This document shows positions 1 to 9,407 of a stretch of 64,000 nucleotides of DNA, piece by piece. The stretch lies in assembly GCF_000026545.1 (NCBI RefSeq), contig NC_011601.1. One strand, given 5' to 3'. How positions within the stretch are numbered: position 1 is the stretch's first letter; each line of letters opens with the position of its first letter. Source of the DNA: Escherichia coli O127:H6 str. E2348/69 (GTDB lineage: Bacteria > Pseudomonadota > Gammaproteobacteria > Enterobacterales > Enterobacteriaceae). The position numbers were made by a program, and so were the translations under genes. The notes under the pieces are model-generated. The model saw only the letters and a list, made by a program, of their open reading frames with translations. It ran no database searches and had not been told where the DNA came from.

Positions 1-50
1 GGCATAACAAATAATAAAAACCCGCATCTTATTCCATCCCGATATAACGC

Positions 51-968
51 TTAGCTCACCAATTGCCACTGCCTTTTTTCCATCACTGGAGAACTAATCA
101 CTGACATTAACAACTCTTTCACTGCCTGTGCCTGTGGTGACAAGTTCGCTCTGGCGGGTAAATTTAAGGACAAAGAGAGACTCATTGAAGGAGTGGTAAT
201 GCGTGACATCCACCCATTTACTGCGCCACATAACGAACGCGCGGCCGATTCGGGTAATACTGCAACGCCCATGCCGCTGGCAATCGCTGCGGTAAGCGTG
301 GCAATAGACTCAATTTCACCAATGACTTTTGCCGTGAGCCGCCGTAGGGAAAAAGCCTCATCAACACGAAGTCTAACAGCGCTGTAATCACTGGGGAGAA
401 AGAGGTTCATTTGCGCAATAGCATTAACATCAACGCTTTGCCCCGGGCAATCTTGAGTTCCTACCAGGAAAAGATCTTCTTTCAGCAAAGCCTGACTGGA
501 TACCCCAGCCACAGGGGAATGCTCATAAATCACCGCCATATCGAGTTGGTGATTTATCAGTTTTTCGTTAAGCACTGCACCACTATTTTCATGAAGATAG
601 ATAACGACCTCCGGGAATTCAGCGCGAACCGCCTGTAATAAGGGCATGGTGATGGATGACGCAGCGGTTCCTGGCGCAAAGCCAATCGAGACTTGCCCCG
701 ATAATGACTGACCAACGTTATGCACCGCCAGTTGGGCCTGCTCACACTGACGTAAAATGGCCCGTGCATGGGTATAGAGAATTTTTCCGGCGTCTGTTGG
801 CGTAACGCCCCGTTTTGTGCGAATCAAAAGCTGTTGATTTAACTCACCCTCCAGTGTGGCAACCTGCTGGCTGAGCGCTGGTTGTGCGATATGCAATACT
901 TCAGCAGCCTGGGTCAGGCTACCAATATCTACAATTTTTACGAAGTATTTCAGGCGTCTGAAGTTCAT
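51..968 (-). CDS. nac: LysR-family nitrogen assimilation control regulator Nac (305 aa)
   Basis: ORF 51..998 minus; N-terminus MNFRRLKYFVKIVDIGSLTQAAEVLHIAQPALSQQV is a LysR HTH and matches the Nac N-terminus as recalled; start placed at the conserved Met (ORF codon 11, plus 966-968 = cat). Sigma-54 promoter immediately upstream. Confidence 0.9.
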   Translation of the reverse strand: MNFRRLKYFVKIVDIGSLTQAAEVLHIAQPALSQQVATLEGELNQQLLIRTKRGVTPTDAGKILYTHARAILRQCEQAQLAVHNVGQSLSGQVSIGFAPGTAASSITMPLLQAVRAEFPEVVIYLHENSGAVLNEKLINHQLDMAVIYEHSPVAGVSSQALLKEDLFLVGTQDCPGQSVDVNAIAQMNLFLPSDYSAVRLRVDEAFSLRRLTAKVIGEIESIATLTAAIASGMGVAVLPESAARSLCGAVNGWMSRITTPSMSLSLSLNLPARANLSPQAQAVKELLMSVISSPVMEKRQWQLVS

Positions 969-1023
969 GTTGCCTCCGGTTTTTAAGAATCGGCCCAAGT
1001 GCCGCCATTACTTACAACCAGAA

Positions 1024-1039
1024 TGCAAGATGCTTGCCA
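1024..1039 (-). promoter_or_regulatory. sigma-54 (-24/-12) promoter element TGGCAAGCATCTTGCA upstream of nac
   Basis: Reverse complement of 1021-1040 is CTGGCAAGCATCTTGCATTC; GG and GC dinucleotides have the canonical TGGCAC-N5-TTGCA spacing; about 55 nt upstream of the nac ATG. nac is known to be sigma-54/NtrC dependent. Confidence 0.7.
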
Positions 1040-1294
1040 GTTCTATTTTGGCGTTGATGCGCAAGCTAACCAACTGTCAAATAAGAGATCATGATAGATT
1101 CGTCATTGGCCCTTTTTATCAGCAGTCGCATTCACCTGCCCTATAAAAGGAGGGTATGCACCACGATGGTTCATTACCCAATAAGATTGAAAGCTCACCA
1201 CTTTGTTGAAATTGGCAGCAAACAAACAAAAAAATGCATTTCACCCTTTGACATCACCATGCACTGCCATTAATATGCGCCCCGTTCACACGAT

Positions 1295-1370
1295 TCCTCT
1301 GTAGTTCAGTCGGTAGAACGGCGGACTGTTAATCCGTATGTCACTGGTTCGAGTCCAGTCAGAGGAGCCA
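1295..1370 (+). tRNA. asnV: tRNA-Asn (anticodon GTT)
   Basis: 76-nt sequence TCCTCTGTAGTTCAGTCGGTAGAACGGCGGACTGTTAATCCG...GGTTCGAGTCCAGTCAGAGGAGCCA with anticodon loop CTGTTAA, T-loop GGTTCGAGTCC and encoded 3' CCA. Gene copy name inferred from synteny (nac upstream, erfK downstream). Confidence 0.95.
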
Positions 1371-1375
1371 AATTC

Positions 1376-1404
1376 AAAAAAGCCTGCTTTCGAGCAGGCT
1401 TTTT
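1376..1404. terminator. bidirectional rho-independent terminator between tRNA-Asn and ldtA
   Basis: AAAAAAGCCTGCTTTCGAGCAGGCTTTTT: 8-bp GC-rich stem (1381-1388 / 1393-1400), 4-nt loop, flanked by an A-run and a T-run, so it can terminate both convergent transcripts. Confidence 0.8.
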
Positions 1405-1425
1405 ACTTTCTAATTACCAACGCTC

Positions 1426-2361
1426 TTAAAACATCTGTCTTGAACCAGAACTCATTTGCACAGGCATTCCCGATCGATGTTGCAACGCAGCATTTGCGCG
1501 ATTTACATCAACTTCTTGCCCGTTGATAAACGCCCGCAAAGATGGGGTTACCGGCAATGGCACTTTTCGGTCAGACTCATATTCTGCACGATTGCGCGAC
1601 AGCGGCTCATGAACTTCCAGCCACTTTGAACCATCCGGTTCCGTTGTGTATTTCACTGGCTGATCAATAATTTGTACACGAGTGCCTACAGGAACATTAT
1701 CAAACAGATATTTGATATCGTCATTGCGCAGACGAATACAGCCCTGACTTACCCGGAGCCCAATACCAAAATTGGCATTGGTACCGTGGATGGCATACAA
1801 CCTGCCAATATAAATCGCGTACAGCCCCATGGGGTTATCGGGCCCCGCAGGAACAAATGCGGGCAAACTCTCCCCTCGTTTCGCATATTCGCGCCGAGTG
1901 TTCGGCGTTGGCGTCCAGGTTGGTGCTTCTTGTTTACGTTCAACGGTAGTCACCCAGTTACGCGGGGTTTCTCGCCCAGCCTGGCCGATACCAATAGGAA
2001 AGACTTCCACTGTATTACTGTCTGGCGGATAGTAATAAAGACGCATTTCAGCGACGTTAACCACAATCCCTTTACGGACAGTGGCGGGCAAAATCAGTTG
2101 CTGCGGAATGGTGAGTTGTGAGCCAGGCTTCGGCAAAAAAACATCAGCGCCCGGATTCGCTTCCAGCATATTACTTAACCCTTGCCCGTATTGTGCGGCA
2201 AAAGTCTCCAGCGGCTGAGTATTGTGATCAGGAACAGTTACAGTAAGCGACTGCCCCACTAAACGGCTACCCTCTGGAGGTAATGGATAAGTTACCGCCA
2301 GGCTAGTATGGCTGGCAAAAAGCAGAGCAAATGAGCAAAGAATATTTACACGACGCATCAT
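1426..2361 (-). CDS. ldtA: L,D-transpeptidase LdtA/ErfK (periplasmic, YkuD domain)
   Basis: 311-aa ORF with signal peptide [22 protein letters not shown] and the YkuD catalytic region (…[20 protein letters not shown]…); length and synteny match erfK. Start may be the second Met (2358). Confidence 0.9.
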   Translation of the reverse strand: MMRRVNILCSFALLFASHTSLAVTYPLPPEGSRLVGQSLTVTVPDHNTQPLETFAAQYGQGLSNMLEANPGADVFLPKPGSQLTIPQQLILPATVRKGIVVNVAEMRLYYYPPDSNTVEVFPIGIGQAGRETPRNWVTTVERKQEAPTWTPTPNTRREYAKRGESLPAFVPAGPDNPMGLYAIYIGRLYAIHGTNANFGIGLRVSQGCIRLRNDDIKYLFDNVPVGTRVQIIDQPVKYTTEPDGSKWLEVHEPLSRNRAEYESDRKVPLPVTPSLRAFINGQEVDVNRANAALQHRSGMPVQMSSGSRQMF

Positions 2362-2422
2362 GTCCCTTTCCTATGTCGCGAAAGCTATCCGTTAAGTATA
2401 GCTTTTATCAGACTTTTCGTTT

Positions 2423-3502
2423 TTAACTGTTCAAATCAGAAGTCGTATTCCCCGGTAGAACAATATTACTGGCAGCAAGTTCGCCCATGTTGTTGTATAT
2501 CGCACAAGCAGCTTCGATGATGGGCATCGCCAGAGCTGCACCACTCCCCTCACCTAAACGCATATCCATATTGAGATAAGGCTCCAGCCCCAAATGCGAC
2601 AGCGCTATACGCGCGCCTTTTTCTGCCGACAAGTGAGAAGGAATGAGATACGGTTTGATTGCAGGAGACATCTGGCAGGCTGCGAGCGCAGCAGCATAAG
2701 AAAGAAATCCATCCAGCAACACGGGTAAACCGCAGGAAGCAGCACCTAACATCACTCCAGCTATTCCGACCAAATCAAATCCACCCACTTTTGCCAGGAC
2801 ATCAACACCATCCTGAGGATTTGGTTGATTTAACGTAATCGCCCGGCGCACAACATCAATTTTATTAGCCAGTTTATCTGTCGGCAGGTTTGCGCCAATC
2901 CCAACCACTTCTTCAGGATCCCAGCCAGTGATTGTGCTGACTATTGCCGCTGCCGGTGTCGTGTTTGCCATCCCCAGTTCACCTACACCAAACAGCGTGA
3001 CACCGTTTTTTGCCAGCTCCCGCGTATAACATATGACGTCCAAAAGCAACTTTTCAGCCTGACGGCGACTCATTGCCGGAGCTGAAGCAATATTGCCGCT
3101 ACCTCGTGCGACACGCATGTTGATAAGCCCGGGGATAGGCTCAGCAGTATCAATACCAACATCAATTACGTGGACGTTAGCGCCCGCTTGTGCTGCCAGC
3201 ACACACACGCCGGTTGTTCCGCGGGTCATATTTTCAGCCTGTATGGCTGTCACTTCTTTTGGAGAAATAGCGACCCCTTCCTCCCAGACGCCGTGATCGG
3301 CACACATAACCAGTATCGCTTTTTTGCCCACATGCGGTATGCCATTCAACCCCGGCATTCCTGCCAGTTGTATGGCAAGCGCCTCCAGCTTTCCCAGGCT
3401 ACCAACAGGTTTGAGTAACCCGTCAATATGCCGTTGTGCACGCGACATAGCGGCAGGATCGATGGCTGGGATCGTATTCAGTAAATCGGCAAGTATTTGC
3501 AT
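2423..3502 (-). CDS. cobT: nicotinate-nucleotide--dimethylbenzimidazole phosphoribosyltransferase CobT (359 aa)
   Basis: ORF length 359 aa as expected for CobT; N-terminus [19 protein letters not shown]; followed by cobS and cobU in the canonical cobUST order. Confidence 0.9.
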   Translation of the reverse strand: MQILADLLNTIPAIDPAAMSRAQRHIDGLLKPVGSLGKLEALAIQLAGMPGLNGIPHVGKKAILVMCADHGVWEEGVAISPKEVTAIQAENMTRGTTGVCVLAAQAGANVHVIDVGIDTAEPIPGLINMRVARGSGNIASAPAMSRRQAEKLLLDVICYTRELAKNGVTLFGVGELGMANTTPAAAIVSTITGWDPEEVVGIGANLPTDKLANKIDVVRRAITLNQPNPQDGVDVLAKVGGFDLVGIAGVMLGAASCGLPVLLDGFLSYAAALAACQMSPAIKPYLIPSHLSAEKGARIALSHLGLEPYLNMDMRLGEGSGAALAMPIIEAACAIYNNMGELAASNIVLPGNTTSDLNS

Positions 3503-3513
3503 GTCACGTCTCT

Positions 3514-4257
3514 TTATAGCAGTGCCAGCAGGAAAACCAGTTCACCAAGCTCTATGGCTGCTCCCAGCGTATCGCCCGTTTGCCCGCCCAGCGTACGTTT
3601 GAGAAGCTGACCGAGGATGAAAATCGCCACCATCGTCACCACCATAGCAGCCACACCATGCATACCCGGCAATAATACGGCAGCAAAAATAGCGGCTAAG
3701 CCGAGTGTGACGCAGGTTTGTCGCCCATCAATTTTGCCAATGAACACATTGCCAAGCCCTTCTTCCCGCGCATAACGATGACGATACATCAATAATGCGG
3801 CAGTCCCGCGGCTGACCGCACATGCTGCCGCCAGCGATGCAAGGATCGGTTCGCCACGCAGAGTCAACTCGCTTAACACCAGAATCTTTGCCAGTACCAC
3901 AAAAATCAATGCCAGACCGCCGTGGGTGCCTAAACGGCTATCACGCATGATTTCCAACATGCGATCGCGGCTACGTGCAGAAAATACGCCATCACAGGTA
4001 TCAGCGAGGCCGTCCAGGTGGAATCCCCCGGTCATCAGCGCCAGCACAAGTACGCTAAACAGTGCCGCCAGTGGTACGCCACACCATGCCTGCAGCACCA
4101 TGAAGACCAGCCCGCTAATCGCGCCAAGCAATAATCCAATCAAAGGAAAAGTAATAATACCGCGAGAATAATGCTCGAAATCCAGTCCCTGGGACCAGCG
4201 ACGCGGTACAGGCAGACGCGTAATAAATGAGAGCATCGCCCAAAATAATTTACTCAT
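3514..4257 (-). CDS. cobS: adenosylcobinamide-GDP ribazoletransferase (cobalamin synthase) CobS (247 aa)
   Basis: Polytopic membrane protein; start placed at MSKLFWAML (plus 4255-4257 = cat), which overlaps the cobU stop as ATGA (translational coupling). Confidence 0.9.
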   Translation of the reverse strand: MSKLFWAMLSFITRLPVPRRWSQGLDFEHYSRGIITFPLIGLLLGAISGLVFMVLQAWCGVPLAALFSVLVLALMTGGFHLDGLADTCDGVFSARSRDRMLEIMRDSRLGTHGGLALIFVVLAKILVLSELTLRGEPILASLAAACAVSRGTAALLMYRHRYAREEGLGNVFIGKIDGRQTCVTLGLAAIFAAVLLPGMHGVAAMVVTMVAIFILGQLLKRTLGGQTGDTLGAAIELGELVFLLALL

Positions 4258-4799
4258 TTGATTTTTACTCCAATACCCGAAACCACCAGCCATACTTCAT
4301 TTGCCGCAGCGGCCAACTGCTGATTTACCCGCCCGGCAATATCACGAAAATGTCGTGCCAGACGACTCTCCGGCACAATCCCCATTCCCACTTCGTTAGT
4401 CACTAATACAACCTTTGCGGGGCAACGTTGGCAGGCAGCAATCAACGACTGAATCTCAGCATTAATCGCCTGTTCCATCGCCTGATAATCCCATTCATCA
4501 GGGTCTTTATCGCCGCCATAATCAAACAACAGATTAGTCACCATTGTGGTAACGCATTCCAGCAACACAGCCTCATTCGGGTTAATGTCTGCATGAATTA
4601 ATTCATCAAGATGTTGCCAGCGCTCCACTGTGCGCCAGTGCTCCGGGCGGCCTTGCCGATGATGTTCTATCCGTGCAGCCATCTCATCATCAAGGATTTG
4701 CGAGGTAGCGATATACAGAACCTGTGAAGAGTCCCCAATAAGCGCCTCTGCGTGGCGACTCTTCCCGCTCCGTGCGCCCCCCGTCACCAAAATCATCAT
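4254..4799 (-). CDS. cobU: bifunctional adenosylcobinamide kinase / cobinamide-phosphate guanylyltransferase CobU (181 aa)
   Basis: N-terminal P-loop [14 protein letters not shown]; 181 aa as expected for CobU. Confidence 0.9.
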   Translation of the reverse strand: MMILVTGGARSGKSRHAEALIGDSSQVLYIATSQILDDEMAARIEHHRQGRPEHWRTVERWQHLDELIHADINPNEAVLLECVTTMVTNLLFDYGGDKDPDEWDYQAMEQAINAEIQSLIAACQRCPAKVVLVTNEVGMGIVPESRLARHFRDIAGRVNQQLAAAANEVWLVVSGIGVKIK

Positions 4800-4932
4800 A
4801 CCGACTCCTGATTCAATTGTATGATGGTATTCATTGAACAGAACAATGGATCCCCCACCGTTGCTGACCGCAAAACATTTACGCGATTAATACTGCGCGT
4901 AATATAATTAAAAATCCAGCATTCTCAATCCA

Positions 4933-5439
4933 TTACGAAAGAAGATGGCATTGCGGAATAGCCAGACTTCCTCGTGTTAACGTCCGACAAAATGCGTCAT
5001 TGACAGCGGTTTCTCTGGCATGACAGATCTCATTCAGATAATGGATTAATGCTACAGCCCCACCAGCCGGACCATTCAGCAAACGGGCATTGTGTTCTGC
5101 AATCAAAATTACCGTCGTTCCCTCAGAATGAGCGAGCCATTCTGGTACGGATATCTCGCTTTCAGCTGCTATCAATAGCAGCACTGAATAATCGCTATAC
5201 GCATCTGATAACGATTGCACAGGCCCACCGTCAAAAGGCTGGAAATCTTGCTGCCAGTCCTCACCAACAAAACAGGTTATTGGCAATATTTCCGCCAGAT
5301 GTTTCGCCAGATCCACATCTCCAGATAAGAGGCAAAAAAGAGCTATCGATTCGGGTTTTATCGTTTTCATGCCCCTCGCCCTCCACTTAATTTCCTGTAA
5401 TGGCGGTCTGGTTGATAAGCCATGAAACAAGATTGCCAC
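4933..5439 (-). pseudogene. possible degraded 3' remnant of cbiP (cobyric acid synthase) between the B12 riboswitch and cobU
   Basis: 168-aa ORF with no start context, sitting where the cbi genes would be; its C-terminal region (…AVNDAFCRTL…) weakly resembles the CobQ/CbiP C-terminal …NDAFRR..L… motif. Assignment is tentative. Confidence 0.3.
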
Positions 5440-5589
5440 ACCTTAAGTGCAGCCCTGGTGCCTGTCGGCACTGCGATGAAAGAACTAAATGATGCCGCCA
5501 TACCCTGATCCTTTCAGGATGGTAGGGGTATAAAGACGCGCCTGTACTCTACCGGACGCTTCCGGGCAACCCACTTCCCACCGAAGTTG

Positions 5590-5745
5590 TTGGTATTGAC
5601 TGACTGGCTGGTCTTCTGGCTTAGCGTCATCCTCTCCCGACCTTCCCAATCTCGCGATCAGTGGCATTTTCGGGTTTGTCAGCATTACAGCAGCGGGGGC
5701 TGCGAGGGATTTTCACCCTCTTCCCAGGCACAAATGTGCCACACC
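5590..5745 (-). promoter_or_regulatory. cobalamin (AdoCbl) riboswitch in the cob operon leader
   Basis: Minus-strand sequence contains the hallmark cobalamin-riboswitch blocks GGGAAGAGGGTGAAAATCCCTCGCAGCCCCCGCTGCTGTAA, GCCACTG, TTGGGAAGG and a B12 box AAGCCAGAAGACCAGCC (plus 5606-5622), in the 5'-to-3' order seen in the btuB and cob leaders. Confidence 0.75.
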
Positions 5746-5854
5746 TGTCAGCGTATGTTATGAGCTGATTTCACTTTTCCCATAACAGGTAAATAACGTT
5801 AATTATTCATTGCAGAGTTTATTTAAACCGTCCTCTTTTTTTGGGGCATTTACT

Positions 5855-6772
5855 CTATACCGTTTCCATCGCCGCATTATCACTCACTTGCTGTCGATAC
5901 ACCTGCGGCGTAACCTGATAAGTCTGACGGAAAACTTTGCAAAAATAACTTGTTTGCGAAAAACCTAAATTACGCGCAATGCTGGCGATGCTCCAGTCAC
6001 TATGGCACAGTAACTCACGAGCGCTGGCCATCCGTTGTTGGTTTACCCACGCATTAAACCCGATTCCATGGTATTTCTTAAATAACTTACTGAAATAATA
6101 AGGGCTTAGATAAACGTGCGAGGCAACATCTTCCAGACGCAAATCGTCTGATAAATGCGCATCAATATAACGTAAAGCTTTTTTCATTTTATTGTCGTGG
6201 GGACCAGGCGCACGAGTCTGGCGCACCGAATCTGACTGAGATTTGTTCTCTTTAATAACCACAAAATTGAGTTGTTTTTTTAGGCAATTTTCTACAATCA
6301 ACTTCAACAAATCAGCAGAGGCCATAACTCTTGAGTAATCCATCTCAGGGACTTTGCGAAATTCATTAAGTAATTCGGGATCTGCCTGCCAGCAATCATC
6401 GACATTCAGAATATCGACCAAATCGACATCATCATTACGCAGACGAACTTGCCCGCACAATACAAAACCAACTAAATGTCCGGCGATTACCAGTGGAATA
6501 GAGAAATCGGTTATTAATCCGGCATGACAGCGATAAATACAAGGCTGATCGGATTTAGAGGCTTCCAGACCCCCACAACGATCGCTCATGCGACATCGAG
6601 TGCTCAGCTGAGGGTGTTGCCGCATCATCTGACAAAATGGAGTGAAGTTAAACAGCTCGGAAATTTCATCGCCGTGAATATTGACCACGACAACCGCAAG
6701 GCTGGTCGCCTGCGCAAAATCCTGCGCGATTTTATTAATGAGTTCTGAATTAAGTGTCGCCGCAGAAATCAT
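5855..6772 (-). CDS. pocR: AraC-family transcriptional activator of the pdu/cob regulon, PocR (305 aa)
   Basis: C-terminal AraC-type HTH (…LRLEDVASHVYLSPYYFSKLFKKYHGIGFNAWVNQQRMASARELL…) with an N-terminal PocR ligand-binding domain; located between pduF and the cob leader as in Salmonella. Confidence 0.9.
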   Translation of the reverse strand: MISAATLNSELINKIAQDFAQATSLAVVVVNIHGDEISELFNFTPFCQMMRQHPQLSTRCRMSDRCGGLEASKSDQPCIYRCHAGLITDFSIPLVIAGHLVGFVLCGQVRLRNDDVDLVDILNVDDCWQADPELLNEFRKVPEMDYSRVMASADLLKLIVENCLKKQLNFVVIKENKSQSDSVRQTRAPGPHDNKMKKALRYIDAHLSDDLRLEDVASHVYLSPYYFSKLFKKYHGIGFNAWVNQQRMASARELLCHSDWSIASIARNLGFSQTSYFCKVFRQTYQVTPQVYRQQVSDNAAMETV

Positions 6773-6974
6773 GATAAAACCTCCCAGTTAATTTATTGTT
6801 ATAGCAAAACAATTGTTTTACATTTAATCTTCACATCATCCTTGATGATTTACTGACGAGAAGCACAAAGGACAATAACAAAAGCCTCCGTGAAGCGGGA
6901 GACTTTTTAATAAGTTCGGAAAGCAGATCACAAACAGTAAAAAAATAAACGTTTATAACTGCCAGATTATTTCG

Positions 6975-7784
6975 TTATTCACTGATTTCTTTAGGCGTTA
7001 CACTATTGACAGGTAAATTCTTTGCAATGAGATAGCGATAAATCGCCGCACCAACACATGCCCCAATGATCGGTGCAATAATGGGTACAATGAAATAAGG
7101 AATATTGCGTCCACCAGTCATCGCAATTTCCCCCCAACCCGCAAGCCAGGTGAAAATTTTAGGTCCAAAATCACGCGCTGGATTCATGGCAAAACCGGTC
7201 AATGGTCCGGTAGAAGCACCAATAACAGCAACCAGAATACCAATGAGTAAAGGCGCAAGCGGTCCTTTGGGTACGCCATTACCGTCATCGGTCAACGCCA
7301 TAATCAACCCCATTAACATGGACGTTATGACCACTTCGACCAACGCTGCTTGCCATACATTAATCGCCGCTGCTGGATAAGTACTGAAGATACTGGCGAG
7401 TTGTAAACTTTCTGCGCTACCACGCACTATATTGTGAGCAGATTCAAAATCGGTAAACAAACTGCTGTAGAGAGAATATGCCAGAGCCGCACCACCAAAG
7501 GCACCCGCTAATTGCGCCACACAAAATGGCAGCACTTTACGGGCTGGGAAAGAGGCAAACAGCCACAGAGCAATGGTAACTGCCGGGTTGAGATGAGCGC
7601 CGGAAATACCTGCCGTAAGGTAAACAGCAAGCGAAATCCCTAACCCCCAAATGATACAAATTTCCCACAGTCCCAGACTTGCCCCGGCAACTTTCAGGGC
7701 GCACAAACAACCAATGCCAAAAAAGAGGAACAGTCCGGTGCCCAAAAACTCGGCAACGCATTGCGCCTTGAGTGAATCATTCAT
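6975..7784 (-). CDS. pduF: propanediol diffusion facilitator PduF (MIP/aquaglyceroporin family)
   Basis: Two NPA motifs (GAHLNPAVT and GFAMNPARD); start placed at MNDSLKAQC (plus 7782-7784 = cat) rather than the upstream Met at 7823. Confidence 0.9.
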   Translation of the reverse strand: MNDSLKAQCVAEFLGTGLFLFFGIGCLCALKVAGASLGLWEICIIWGLGISLAVYLTAGISGAHLNPAVTIALWLFASFPARKVLPFCVAQLAGAFGGAALAYSLYSSLFTDFESAHNIVRGSAESLQLASIFSTYPAAAINVWQAALVEVVITSMLMGLIMALTDDGNGVPKGPLAPLLIGILVAVIGASTGPLTGFAMNPARDFGPKIFTWLAGWGEIAMTGGRNIPYFIVPIIAPIIGACVGAAIYRYLIAKNLPVNSVTPKEISE

Positions 7785-8295
7785 AGTGACACCTTCTTTA
7801 CGGAGTTTTTCTTTATCAGCCAACTATGCGCTGATTGTTGTGTATACCGAGCGCAACTATAAAAAATTGCTCTGCAGAAAATATTGCCAACATGCATGAC
7901 AGACTCGTGTAAAAATCGTGCTAACATAACAAATTATTGTCATTGCCGAATCATGCAACACAGCGTTAATCAGTGTTGAAAGTAATAATTCCCACCAAAC
8001 TTTTACAGTAAAAAATTGCCATCATGACATAATAAAATTGAAACAAATATCACAGTTCCTTCCTCGAACCAAACTCAACGAAATATTACTCGCGATTAAA
8101 CTCACTAGACAACGCAATTAATTCACATTGAAATATCCACAAAATAACCAATAAATTAATAACATATAGTTCATAAAAGCAATTTTATTATATTTGTTCT
8201 CTATTAATTTTTCTCATTAGCCGATTAAGTCAGCCATTCTTTTTCCTCGTTTTTTTTTATAGTCATATCGTCAAAAAAATCCAGGCGAGGTCTTT

Positions 8296-8580
8296 ATGCA
8301 ACAAGAAGCGTTAGGAATGGTAGAAACCAAAGGCTTAACTGCCGCCATAGAGGCCGCAGACGCCATGGTGAAGTCGGCAAATGTTTTGCTGGTCGGCTAC
8401 GAAAAAATAGGTTCCGGGCTGGTGACCGTCATCGTTCGTGGTGATGTCGGGGCGGTAAAAGCGGCAACAGACGCGGGTGCCGCAGCTGCGCGTAACGTCG
8501 GCGAAGTAAAAGCCGTACACGTTATTCCCCGCCCACATACCGATGTCGAAAAAATCTTACCAAAGGGAATTAACCCATGA
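8296..8580 (+). CDS. pduA: BMC-H shell protein PduA (94 aa)
   Basis: Single BMC domain [30 protein letters not shown]…; first gene of the operon, AGGCGAGG RBS upstream. Confidence 0.95.
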   Translation: MQQEALGMVETKGLTAAIEAADAMVKSANVLLVGYEKIGSGLVTVIVRGDVGAVKAATDAGAAAARNVGEVKAVHVIPRPHTDVEKILPKGINP

Positions 8581-9389
8581 GCAGCAATGAACTGGTCGAA
8601 CAGATCATGGCGCAGGTCATCGCTCGCGTAGCGACGCCAGAGCATGAGGTTCTCCCGAAAACCACTCATCAAATACGAGAGACGGCTATGGCAGAAAAAA
8701 GCTGCACGTTAACAGAATTTGTTGGCACCGCTATTGGCGACACTGTAGGTCTGGTCATTGCGAACGTTGATAGCGCCCTGTTGGACGCGATGAAACTTGA
8801 AAAACGCTATCGTTCCATTGGCATTCTGGGGGCGCGTATTGGCGCAGGGCCACACATTATGGCCGCTGATGAAGCGGTAAAAGCCACCAACACTGAAGTT
8901 ATTAGCATTGAACTTCCTCGCGATACTAAAGGCGGTGCCGGACACGGCTCATTGATCCTCTTAGGTGGCAACGATGTTTCCGACGTGAAACGCGGTATTG
9001 AAGTTGCCCTGAAAGAACTCGATCGGACCTTTGGTGATGTCTATGCCAACGAAGCCGGGCATCTTGAACTGCAATACACCGCCCGCGCCAGCTATGCACT
9101 GGAAAAAGCGTTTGGCGCTCCACTGGGACGGGCTTGCGGCGTTATTGTCGGCGCTCCGGCTGCGGTGGGTGTTCTAATGGCCGACACCGCGCTGAAGTCC
9201 GCCAATGTGGATGTCGTGGCATACAGCTCCCCCGCTCAAGGCACCAGCTACAGCAACGAAGTCATTCTGATTATCTCGGGTGACTCCGGCGCAGTCCGCC
9301 AGGCGGTCATCTCCGCACGCGAAATCGGTAAAACCGTGCTTTCGACTCTCGGCGATACACCGAAAAACGATCGCCCTTCCTACATCTGA
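8577..9389 (+). CDS. pduB: tandem-BMC-domain shell protein PduB (270 aa; internal start gives PduB')
   Basis: 270 aa as expected for PduB; ATGA overlap with the pduA stop. Confidence 0.95.
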   Translation: MSSNELVEQIMAQVIARVATPEHEVLPKTTHQIRETAMAEKSCTLTEFVGTAIGDTVGLVIANVDSALLDAMKLEKRYRSIGILGARIGAGPHIMAADEAVKATNTEVISIELPRDTKGGAGHGSLILLGGNDVSDVKRGIEVALKELDRTFGDVYANEAGHLELQYTARASYALEKAFGAPLGRACGVIVGAPAAVGVLMADTALKSANVDVVAYSSPAQGTSYSNEVILIISGDSGAVRQAVISAREIGKTVLSTLGDTPKNDRPSYI

Positions 9390-9407
9390 ATTCTCTGAGG
9401 CAGATTT

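Noticed and set aside
1250..1430. Possible genomic island integrated at tRNA-Asn
   Set aside because: tRNA-Asn genes are common integration sites, but the tRNA is followed directly by its terminator and the backbone gene ldtA/erfK; no integrase, direct repeat of the tRNA 3' end, or foreign genes were seen.
5485..5685. 66-aa minus-strand ORF
   Set aside because: Overlaps the 3' half of the cobalamin riboswitch and its expression platform; more likely non-coding leader sequence than a gene.
8120..8150. Possible CRP site in the pduF-pduA intergenic region
   Set aside because: Found TCACA and TCCACA motifs but not an inverted TGTGA-N6-TCACA arrangement; not called.
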